From Macrostomum lignano (Eukaryota), in assembly GCA_002269645.1 (NCBI GenBank), contig NIVC01004976.1, forward strand, positions 1 through 29,726: a stretch of DNA of 29,726 bases, read 5' to 3'. The notes beneath the pieces are model-generated. The model saw only the letters and a list, made by a program, of their open reading frames with translations. It did not search any database and was not told the origin of the DNA. Shown here piece after piece: positions 12,918-22,137 of the stretch. A program made the translations under genes and the position numbers. Numbering within the stretch: position 1 is the stretch's first letter; the number at the start of each line of letters is the position of its first letter.

Positions 12918-13659
12918 ACAGCATACATTGTGCAATATCTAGCCAAGCCAGACAATTGGGCCAGCTAATAAGGGGTCCACCAAATAAGTTGCAAAAATGC
13001 CCAGCTGAAAATCTGCATGTATTTCTAATTAGATGATGAGGCATTTAGTATTAATAATACATTAATAGTTACTCATGCTGCTTACCCAAAGTTATGTAAA
13101 TTTTGCTTAGGTTTCTTTTATAAGTAGGCCTAAGTCGCATGGCCACTTGGCCGGTGAAATCAGGGGGTTACATATGCAGAAGAGCCATTTTTCTAAATAG
13201 GGCCTGGTCAATTTCAAGTTACCAAACTTAAAGAATATGACAATATAGATATGATAGTAGATAGTAGATCGTAGAGAGATACATCATCTATGATAGTAGA
13301 TAGTAGATAGTAGAGAGATATATCATATTTATATTGTCATATTCTTTAAGTTTGGTAACTTGAAATTGACCAGGCCCTATTTAGAAAAATGGCCCCTCTG
13401 CATATGTAACCCCCTGATTTCACCGGCCAAGTGGCCATGCGACTTAGGCCTACTTATAAAAGAAACCTAAGCAAAATTTACATAATTTTGGGTAAGCAGC
13501 ATGAGTAACTATTAATGTATTATTAATACTAAATGCCTCGTCATCTAATTAGAAATACATGCAGATTTTTAGCTGGGCATTTTTGCAACTTACTTGGTGG
13601 ACCCCTTATTAGCTGGCCCAATTGTCTGGCTTGGCTAGATATTGCGCAATGTATGCTGT
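12918..13659. repeat. Foldback: 339-bp inverted arms (12918-13256 and 13321-13659) around a 64-nt spacer with GATAGTA repeats
   Basis: Arms aligned by eye with about 8 mismatches and no indels. The centre is a tandem pair of ATGAT...ATCAT units. Confidence 0.95.
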
Positions 13660-14529
13660 ATCTCTATATTAATAGAGATAGATGACATATTTCTGTACAA
13701 TGCCATCATTGTATTTTCAATTTTTTAAAGATCTAAAAGATAAAGCAATGTTTGTCAGTTTGTATGTATTCATCTTGTAACTTATTAATATCTGCTACCT
13801 TTTGTCATTGATATATAATCTAAGTAGGCCTATCTAGTTATAAAATACTATCTTCTAAGTTCTAGTCTAATTTAATAAGCCTAGATAGGGCCTAGGCCTA
13901 GTCTAGATAAATATCTGTGGCTTTTTATTTTTAGAACTAGATTTATATTTTTTGGACCAAATTAAGTAGTAAATACTATAATAAATAGCTTTAAATATTT
14001 TATGATATTAGATACTTCAAATCTAATATCTTATATAATTAATGATTAATTAATAATTATTTGACAATAATTTATTCAATATAAACATGAAAAATTATAA
14101 TCATTGTGTTGACTCATTTTATATTTCATCAGCTTATATTAAAGCCCATTAATGGCTGTATTATAGTAAAGTTCTCAAAAACAAAGTCTATCAACATGCT
14201 AAGCATTATATAGGGCCTATTATCTATAGTTAGGATCGTATATTAGTGTATGTCAGGTTTAATGCCAGAAAAAATGACAAAAAAATTGTCATTTGACACA
14301 ATATATCTGCTGTGTCATATATTCGGGGATATACCCTAATGTTAATGTATACTAAAAAATGGTAAGACTTGTTTTATGCTAGGAAATCTTAGCATACATG
14401 TTGCCTTCCAAACTATAGTATACTATATATGCCAAAGGCACTAAGCTTTATATACTTTGCAAGCCAAGCATACATGCACAATCCCACTGATTTATACTAG
14501 CCATGCAACTTACTTTTAGACCAAAAATG

Positions 14530-15350
14530 CAATTTACCCATAAAAGAAACCATTAAGCAAAAATTAGAATGTGAATTTTAGTAAATAGCAGGAGTAACTA
14601 TGACTTGTAATGCCACTCTGGCCAGTGCTAGCTTGTACATTATATTAGCACGTACATGTCGCTACCTAACTTATGTACATATGGCATGCGGGTCTTGTGC
14701 ACGTTGCAATCAGATCGCTTCCAAATATATAAATATTGTCTCACCCTACTTGGAGGGTTAAGACCTTTTTCTTGCATGCCACAAATACTGCCTGATTCCT
14801 GAGTCATTACATGACTGTCTTATTAAGGCTAAATGCCTCATCATCTAATTAGTATTATATCTATTCTTTGGGTAGGCATTTTTGCAATTTACACCTAGTC
14901 TACCACTATTTATGGTAGCTGGATTGGCTAGGTTGGCTAGCAGTTGCGCATGTATGAGGCCAAGCACATAAAGTATCATATATTATGCACTAAGGATACC
15001 AAGTAGCACTTGCTTTATATGCTAAGCATTACACTATGTACCAAGTCTTTAAGAGTTTCATGACTGATTTTGAAATTGTTGAAACTTTAATCAAATTAAT
15101 AATGTTAGGCTAATAACTTATTCATAGTAATATTATAACTATATCATTCCTTTAAATTAAATGAGTACTGGCATATGATCACTGGCATAAGCCAAGGTAA
15201 GTAGTCACAAAAATGCCTATCCAAAGTATACATAGTATTAATTAGATGACGAGGCATTTTCCCTAAAAATTTAGTCATAGTTATACTCTTGCCGTCTACC
15301 CAAAATCACGTTTATTTTCTTAAGCTTCTTTTATAGGTAAGTCACATGGT
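14530..15350. repeat. Two diverged copies of the foldback arm in inverted orientation (about 14530-14965 and 15205-15350)
   Basis: TAAATGCCTCATCATCTAATTAG...GGCATTTTTGCAA near 14830-14890 pairs with CAAAAATGCC...AATTAGATGACGAGGCATTT near 15207-15260. Both match the 12.9-13.7 kb arms. Confidence 0.75.
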
Positions 15351-16153
15351 CAAAAGTATGTCGCATAGCTGGTGTATAGGAGGGAGAGTTGCGCATGTAT
15401 AAGTATCAAAATCCTAAAAGTATAATACTAGTAGTAGATAAAAATCGGACACGGAGGGTTTTTTTAAATACAAAAAATGTATGGTTGGTACATGGGCGAA
15501 ATACATGGGAGATAGCCGAAACTTCGGCTAAATTTTCATCCCTCTCCCGATAGCAACTGGGGCGCAATTTTCCTCTCTTCCATGCAGCGCAGACCTCCAG
15601 TTTTTCTTTCCCTTGCCGCCAGAGTGGTGCAAATGATCGTAGCTAGGTCCGTGCAAAAGCAGATTTTTGCTTTTTCCTCCGTCCGTCGGCCAAAGTGCCA
15701 CTGCCTTTTTTCTCGATGCCAGACTAATTTTCTGTTCTAATTACCCGCCCGTTTTTCCATGGTGCGTCGACTGGAGAGGTTTTTAAATCAGACCAACAAC
15801 GGCAAAGATTTTTTCATAAACAATATTTTATTTCGCCACCGCATAAACAAGTAACGCGAGACAGACTGAAATAACAGCGTGCAAAAGCGTTTTAAAGCAG
15901 GCAATAATCCAAGGAGTTAAAAAACTGATACGTCAGAGATTACCACTTTAGGGGATTAAGAATTTTCAGCTGAAAACTGCGTAGAGCATGAAAAGCAGCG
16001 CGGAACGAAACAGAACTACGGCGATATGTAGAGTGTTCTACCTCCCGTAAGAAGACATAAAAGTGTTAATGTACTACTCACACATTTTATTTAGTAGTAA
16101 ATTGAAGAGCATGAATAAAGGTATGCTTTGAACTATAAGTATATTCGGACTAA

Positions 16154-16449
16154 CCAATAGGAAGAGAGAGACCTCGAGCATGCTAATTTTAGAAATCACC
16201 CAATCACGTGCGACCAACAACTGTCAATTCAAACCCCACCTTCAAGTCATCATTTTGTTTGCACTCGGGTTGCACCCGGATGAACCAATCAAAGTCTACC
16301 AGCTACGGTAACCAATCATGCGCTTTTACAGTAGACTAGTTGCGCAACTTTCTACCCTGTCATGCTTGACAGCCACCGAATCGTGACCCTTTGACATTTG
16401 CGAAGACAGTGATGTACGACCTCGAGAGAGGTCTGAACGCCTATAAATA
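16154..16449 (+). promoter_or_regulatory. Candidate Pol II promoter in the element's left region: four CCAAT boxes, an E-box and a TATA box
   Basis: CCAAT at 16154, 16200, 16285 and 16312. CACGTG at 16205. TATAAATA at 16442. Possible donor G|GTAAG at 16564. No product identified. Confidence 0.4.
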
Positions 16450-16995
16450 CAAGTGGTCCGGAACGGACCCGGAGCCAGAAAATCTCCAAGAGAGAGAAGC
16501 TCCGAAGAGGAAGCTCTAGTGAAGCCTTCCTGAAGAAACTCGCGTCGTGGACGAGTTCTTGCGGTAAGCCTTACTCATTTGCGCCCGTTGGTTGAGACGT
16601 CTCGCTCAAGTCTATTGAGACTTGAGTTTATTTGAGTCTGCTGAGACTCTTGAGTCTGTTTAGACTCCACTGGTTGCAGTCTCCAGAAGGACTGCCCCTG
16701 ATAGATCTTAGAAGACTATCAGTGGTTTCCGGAGCCATACCTAGAGTGCATAGAGGCACTACTAGAAGGAGTAGGCTTATATTAAACCGCAGTTTGGCGC
16801 AGGGATCCCCATTGTTAATTTGGAAGCTTCCGATTGGTCCGAACTACAGATACCGGCCGGCAAGAAGTCAAGAGGACAAAGGAGATAACGGACCAGATCA
16901 ACTGTTACCAGGCGCCTAAACTTCCTGAAGGACAGGAAAGTTACTGATCGCGATACTACGGACGAGGATTATTACGAGAGCTCTCATTTAAGGAC

Positions 16996-17577
16996 TCAAA
17001 GGTAATTGAATACCTTCATTTGATTACTGGGTTGCCTAGCTACAGAGCTAGAAGTGATTGTTCCTTGATTACAGTTGAGGACTGGTAATAAGGAACACAT
17101 CAGATATCCGCGCAAAACAAAGTTGATAAAATGTATCAGAGGTTCTCTAGTAGCAAGTTTAAAATACAGATAAAACAAAACCCACACGCCACAATGTCCC
17201 GTGGAGGGATGCTGAACAGAAAAGCGAGTAAAACTCCAAGTGCCTCCACACTCGCGGCTCAGCCACTGCGAAAATTCAGGCATTGGTTGCAGTCCTAGTG
17301 GGTCAAAAAATTCTCCTCGTCGCCCCGCGGCCCCAATCGGACCAGGTCCAACCCAAATAGCAATCCAATGCCGGCCAGGTAGGTTACTAGTGTCTGTGTT
17401 TGCAATTAAAAAATAACTTTGAGTGTCAAGCAAGCCACCGTTTCTTGCGGGCAGTAAAGGCAGAGAGTTGCTAGAGTAGACTCCCAAAAACACGGCGTGC
17501 CGGTAGATGCGTTGCAGTTTGCGGGATACTGCGGCCAGATAAATGTTTGTCAATCCGCTCGGGACGCCGCTTTTCAT
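16996..17577 (-). CDS. Adenain-like (C5 family) maturation cysteine protease
   Basis: NTD...PGRHW (His), FFDPLG (Asp), VQ...GHCG (oxyanion Gln and catalytic Cys). ATG overlaps the capsid stop (ATGA). Confidence 0.93.
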   Translation of the reverse strand: MKSGVPSGLTNIYLAAVSRKLQRIYRHAVFLGVYSSNSLPLLPARNGGLLDTQSYFLIANTDTSNLPGRHWIAIWVGPGPIGAAGRRGEFFDPLGLQPMPEFSQWLSRECGGTWSFTRFSVQHPSTGHCGVWVLFYLYFKLATREPLIHFINFVLRGYLMCSLLPVLNCNQGTITSSSVARQPSNQMKVFNYL

Positions 17578-18898
17578 TTCCAGGCGGTGCCAGGCACAAC
17601 GTCACGAAACTCCGTCAGCTGCAATTGCTTATCAAAGAGCCCTCCAACAATTACATTGTAGACACTTGCAGTAGCGGTGCTAAACCGCAGTTCCAAGCGC
17701 ACGCTGCCCTCTTTGTATAGCTGTGTTCCAACACCCACTCCCAGCTCACTGCAGAGATTGAACGCAAAGATGCCATATCCTCGAGCATACTCGTCCATTC
17801 TAAAGCCAATTTCTCTGCTCTGCATATACAGGCCCAGTTGCTGTAGCAACCAATTGTACTCCACCTCACCATTCTCCTTCGCCAGATTTACTTGCAGGGG
17901 GCGCGAAGGAACTGACTCTCCGTTCACAAACACAGCAATGCATGAAGCGTTTGCATGTCGAAAGTTGAACGGATTCGTATCCATGCTACCGTTGAAAGCT
18001 TTGTTGGTCACAAAAGCGACCAGCAGCAGTTTCGGCACGCCTCCCTGGAACATATTCTCGCGCGTGTAGCTGGAGGTTCCTTGCGGAATTGTGAAGGTGC
18101 TCATTTGCAGGCTGTTCAGCGGGTAAAGCGCATTATGCTTCTTGAGTCCCTGTGCATGGGCAGCCAGAACACTAGGCGATGGCAGCACATAATGAACTCG
18201 CAGCTCTGCACGCTCAATAACCACCAAATAGTCCTTCAGCGGTTCTGCACCGACGCCGGCTCCACTGAGCACAAACTTCGGATCGGAGGGAATCAACTTC
18301 AGTCGCAAGTTTGTCTTTGACAGCAAGAAACGTGGCTGACGGAACAAATCAAGGAACAACGGTCCTGAGAGACTGCAAGTTCTCCCTCCAGCAATCAACG
18401 CCACGCGCGATTTGCGTCCGACATTTGCATCCGTAGCAGAATCCATTTCTCCCGCAGTATCCTTGTAAAATCCCCAGGGCACCAATGCAGCCTTCTGAGC
18501 GATGCTTCCATACTCAAGCAGCGTCAGCAGCATACTCTTGTATGGATAGAGAAAGCTTCCGCCCTCGATAACGCTGTCTCCAATGCTAAGCTGCGCATCT
18601 TGAAACAGCGAGGCAATCGGCAGGTTGTTCAGACACACAAAGTTTTTTGCAGCATCGATGCTTTTGTTTTCCGAATCCACCACTCGAAAACTCACATTGA
18701 GCGCAGTCTCATGCAAGTCGAGATACAAATCCCCAGCCGGAGGAATTTCGAATTCAATTGGAGCACCAGCAGCGAGGCCATGCTGCGGCTGAATGTTCGT
18801 AAACTGACTCTCCAAAACACTAAACTGGACCGGAGAGGGGTCAAAAGAGACAATTCACTCTTCAGTGCGACAACATCCGGTCCCAGCAGCTGGTTCAT
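17574..18898 (-). CDS. Major capsid protein (double jelly-roll), about 441 aa after correcting a 1-nt deletion at 18843-18846
   Basis: PIEFEI...DL, NNLPIASLFQ, YPYK, PKLLLVAFV, FNG...NPFNF, FAFNL and VRLELRF motifs. The N-terminus MNQLLG...KSELSL (from 18898) joins FDPSPVQFSVLESQF if one T is added to the T-run, restoring the KSELxLFxPxPxQ start typical of Polinton capsids. Confidence 0.93.
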
Positions 18899-19392
18899 TC
18901 TTTATTAAACAGACTAAACAGACTCTTTGAAGCGCTTGCTTTGCCTCGTTTCTTGTGCCGCTTGCCACGAAGCTTTTTCCTGCCGGTTCTTGATTGCACA
19001 CCACGACCCTTCTGCTTGCTTGTCCTTGATAGTTTTCCTCGTCCGCGCCCCGCCTTGCTTATAGTAGCTGGCATCTTGTTGGTACGCGAACGCCCATGTT
19101 TCCTTCTCTTTGGGGGAGAGGCAGCCGGTTCGTTCCCAATTACTCCATAGTCGAATCCCCCTCCTCTCTTCTTTGCCTTTCGGGATTCTTCATCGCTATC
19201 TGCAAGGTAGGTCAATCCTCGTCGCAGCAGATCTTTGCCAGTATTGCGCAGAACAGGGTAAAACAAACGATTCGCAAGGCTTGACAAGAATCCGTAGCCC
19301 TCGTATACGGGAATTGAGCGCGAAGAGGAACTTCCGCGTCCACCCACCTGTTCATGGTTCGGGCCCGCGTAGAAACGAAACACGGGATCCAT
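18895..19392 (-). CDS. Basic virion core protein (adenovirus pVII/pVI-like), 165 aa from MDPVFRFY (ORF track starts at 19410)
   Basis: QVGG and YEGYGFLSSL glycine motifs, an amphipathic segment and a very K/R-rich C-terminal half. Stop overlaps the capsid ATG. Confidence 0.7.
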   Translation of the reverse strand: MDPVFRFYAGPNHEQVGGRGSSSSRSIPVYEGYGFLSSLANRLFYPVLRNTGKDLLRRGLTYLADSDEESRKAKKRGGGFDYGVIGNEPAASPPKRRKHGRSRTNKMPATISKAGRGRGKLSRTSKQKGRGVQSRTGRKKLRGKRHKKRGKASASKSLFSLFNKE

Positions 19393-19431
19393 TTGAATAC
19401 AGGCATACATTTAGCAAGTTCATGCTTACAT

Positions 19432-20634
19432 TTACTTATAGACACGTTTGAACAGTTTCTGGGTCTCTTCGTCCAGCTCTTGTTTCTTCAGCCACTGCGC
19501 CCGATATTCTGGTAGATTTCTCCATTTTACAAAATAGCGTCGATTCCCGCCCGGCAGCTTCTCCACTCGAAGAACTTTCTCTATTTCATTCACGTCGTTT
19601 TCAGGTCCCTCAACTTGCTGAAGCTCTGCCTCATTAAAAAATCCCTTGAGCGGTTCGAAGTCATCTTCTGGATCCTCGAGCACATACATGGGCGGGGTTC
19701 CTTCGCGGACTCGTCCTATTCGATAGACAGCATTGCTCCAAACAGTCGAGTAACCCTTTTCAAACGTTCCTCTGCGTCGCGCGATTCGAACCCAATCGCC
19801 AGGCACATAACGAGGCGAAGTCGGTATTGCACCAAACATCTGATCCCACAGAATTCCCTGCAGATGGGGATCTGCTTGCACCACTTGTGGCGTTAGGCCA
19901 TACAATGAACGGTTCGCACTTTGGTTTAGATTTTTTTCCATCTTTGGTAAAATGTCATACCACTGTGGCAAGTTAATTGACCTGAAATAGCGCGACAACC
20001 GCTCCTTCAGAGTTCGAATGATTCGTTCAGCCATTGCGGCCTTGTATGTGCTTTGGCTTACAAAAAAGTGAACTCCCTCTTCACGCAGCATCGTTTGTGT
20101 TGCACGTCCTAAAAACTCCATCCCAGCATCCCCCTGCAAATACTTTGGTTTGAAACCGGTGTTGAAAATCGCACGCAACACTTGACTAACTTCTGTGGGC
20201 TTTTTTGTGTACAGCGGTCGAAGACGAACAACTCGTGTTAGACAATCAATCAAAACGAGAACAAAGCGATAACCTTTATTGATGTCCTTGTACTGCTGCA
20301 AGTCAGCAAGGTCAATTTGAAATTGAAATTTTGCTGTTGGAGGCACGCTAATCCGGGGCGTGGGAAATCGCAGGCGCGCCTTGCGAAATAAGTTATATTC
20401 GCGTGTTCCCCGCGCCCATTTGTCTACAAACTTTTTTGCAGCAGCAAAGGTAAGTCCTGCGAATTTCTTTCGTACAGCGCGAACCAGCTCCGCCTTGTTC
20501 CCTCCAAATGAAGTTGGATTTTCCAAGTCAAAAAAATTCTCGCTCAGAAATTTCCACGCGTCTTGTTCATTTGCAGCCGCGTCGTTCAAACTAGTTCGCG
20601 CCCGCAACCGCTGTTTCGTCCTCTGCTCCGACAT
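19432..20634 (-). CDS. Retroviral-type DDE integrase with C-terminal chromodomain-like module
   Basis: QIDLAD, LQGDAGMEF and AERIIRTLK (D, D, E). GDWVRI...FEKGY..W is typical of Polinton integrases. Chromo-like tail EIEKVL...YFVKW...W. Confidence 0.96.
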   Translation of the reverse strand: MSEQRTKQRLRARTSLNDAAANEQDAWKFLSENFFDLENPTSFGGNKAELVRAVRKKFAGLTFAAAKKFVDKWARGTREYNLFRKARLRFPTPRISVPPTAKFQFQIDLADLQQYKDINKGYRFVLVLIDCLTRVVRLRPLYTKKPTEVSQVLRAIFNTGFKPKYLQGDAGMEFLGRATQTMLREEGVHFFVSQSTYKAAMAERIIRTLKERLSRYFRSINLPQWYDILPKMEKNLNQSANRSLYGLTPQVVQADPHLQGILWDQMFGAIPTSPRYVPGDWVRIARRRGTFEKGYSTVWSNAVYRIGRVREGTPPMYVLEDPEDDFEPLKGFFNEAELQQVEGPENDVNEIEKVLRVEKLPGGNRRYFVKWRNLPEYRAQWLKKQELDEETQKLFKRVYK

Positions 20635-20806
20635 TCTCGAACGAAATGGTGTTGCTCTGCTTAGTGCAGCATTTGATATTTGTCCGCAGGTTTACTGTCA
20701 CATTGTCTACTTCATCTTGAATCAATTCACCGCAAAGCGATCCATGGAAGCAAACGCGAAAGATTTCCACCAGAAAACGAAAAAATCGCTGGCCCAAAGA
20801 AGCCAT
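20591..20806 (-). CDS. Small hypothetical protein (71 aa from MASLGQRFF)
   Basis: Fills the gap between two conserved genes on the same strand and overlaps the integrase start by 44 nt. No recognisable motif. Confidence 0.35.
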   Translation of the reverse strand: MASLGQRFFRFLVEIFRVCFHGSLCGELIQDEVDNVTVNLRTNIKCCTKQSNTISFENVGAEDETAVAGAN

Positions 20807-20890
20807 AACATACACACGCAAATGTTTTATATTTATCTCGAATAAAAACAAGTTTGCATATAGATTAACCAAACCACCAGCATTGCATAC

Positions 20891-21640
20891 TCAATTTAGA
20901 GTTTCATAGTTTTCAAGCATTTCCATATCAACGCCTTTTCTCTCGCCATGTGGCATTTCAGCAGAACTGTCGGCCTCCTTGTCTCCAAGATTTGGTCCGC
21001 CATTTTGCAAATCTCCACGAAGATGCTTCCCAATCATGCTGGGATCTAAATTCCTCTTTTGCAGATATTCTATAAAATTTGATAGTCCACTCGGTGGCCG
21101 CTCTACGTGGCGCTTAAGCGGCTTGTCTCGCACAACATATTCCATTAGATTTTTAACCTCATCTTGAGTAAGTTCAGATGGTAGTGCAGCCTCCTCGCTC
21201 TCTTCAAACACCTTGTCTGCAAGGCGTTTATATCGGGCCCTCAAAGCTTTCGGAATGCTTGTTTCTTCAACAGTAATGAAGCTTCCAGCAGATTCCTTTT
21301 TAACTTTGCTCGGAGGCGCAGGTGGTAAAGGCTGAAAATAATCTCGACGCGCGTGAAGAAGCCGACTTTCCAACTGTGAGCGCTGCAGGTGTGCGCTTGT
21401 ATTGGGCGGGTGCTGAGTAGAAGCAGCAGCCGCATCAAGTTCATCTAACCGTTGTCGCATCCCAACCAGATTTTTGCCTAGTGCCTCGCGTGGCCCGTCC
21501 AAAACGCTAGTTCGAGGTTCCTCGTGCTCCGGCAGAGAGGTATTGGCTTCATTTGTAGGGGGAGTTTTTTTATCACACATCATATTGTATGTTGCCTCGG
21601 GAAGTAGAACCATCCGCTGAAGCCCGTCGTGCCGACTCAT
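20891..21640 (-). CDS. Conserved Polinton protein of unknown function (PW/PZ type, exact label uncertain)
   Basis: N-terminal RMVLLP and C-terminal PSGLSNFIEYLQKRNLDPSMIG resemble the KKMVLVP...PxGxxxFxxxLxxxNxPxxxIGN pattern I recall from Polintons. ATGA overlap with the upstream gene. Confidence 0.7.
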   Translation of the reverse strand: MSRHDGLQRMVLLPEATYNMMCDKKTPPTNEANTSLPEHEEPRTSVLDGPREALGKNLVGMRQRLDELDAAAASTQHPPNTSAHLQRSQLESRLLHARRDYFQPLPPAPPSKVKKESAGSFITVEETSIPKALRARYKRLADKVFEESEEAALPSELTQDEVKNLMEYVVRDKPLKRHVERPPSGLSNFIEYLQKRNLDPSMIGKHLRGDLQNGGPNLGDKEADSSAEMPHGERKGVDMEMLENYETLN

Positions 21641-22080
21641 TTCTTGTTTTGAATATTCCGCACAAGAGTTGCTGCTCCAGCTGCTGTGCCCGCAATTCCG
21701 GACGTAATTCCTAGCGCTGTTCCAATGGCAGGCAAGGCCGAGGTGATGCCAGCAATGATGGGCGCCAGGAAAGGAAGGAAGCCTCCGTTTTGAACAATAA
21801 TTTTCTTCCTTTCAACTAGACTCTTTCCACCGTTCAGCAGCTTGCGTATCACAGGCGCGTGTTTTTGCAATCGGCGCTGATCGCAGGCTTTTATCGGCAC
21901 GCGCCGCTTGACAATATTCAGCAACAGTTCAAGTAGACAGCGGACTTCCGTCAGAGTCAAGCTTTGCAGAAATTGGCGGCGTTGGTGCTTATCTTTCAAG
22001 CGGGCCGCACTCTGCAATAAAATGGCACACTTAGAAAGCGAGCAGAGGCTCTTCCTAGCTTTTTCTGTTAATAAAGGCAT
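21637..22080 (-). CDS. Small basic Polinton protein with an adenovirus pX-like hydrophobic C-terminus
   Basis: CLLELLLNIVKRRVP...LQKH...RKL...RKKIIVQNGGFLPFLAPIIAG. The GG|FLPxLxPII tail resembles adenovirus pX (GG|ILPLLIPLIAA). Confidence 0.75.
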   Translation of the reverse strand: MPLLTEKARKSLCSLSKCAILLQSAARLKDKHQRRQFLQSLTLTEVRCLLELLLNIVKRRVPIKACDQRRLQKHAPVIRKLLNGGKSLVERKKIIVQNGGFLPFLAPIIAGITSALPAIGTALGITSGIAGTAAGAATLVRNIQNKK

Positions 22081-22137
22081 TTAAATTATTGGTCAAATCA
22101 TACTCAACACCCCAAAGTTTGCTTATAAATTAGTCAC

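Noticed and set aside
18843-18846. Programmed -1 ribosomal frameshift in the capsid gene
   Set aside because: No canonical slippery heptamer. It would throttle the most abundant virion protein, and a homopolymer deletion explains it more simply.
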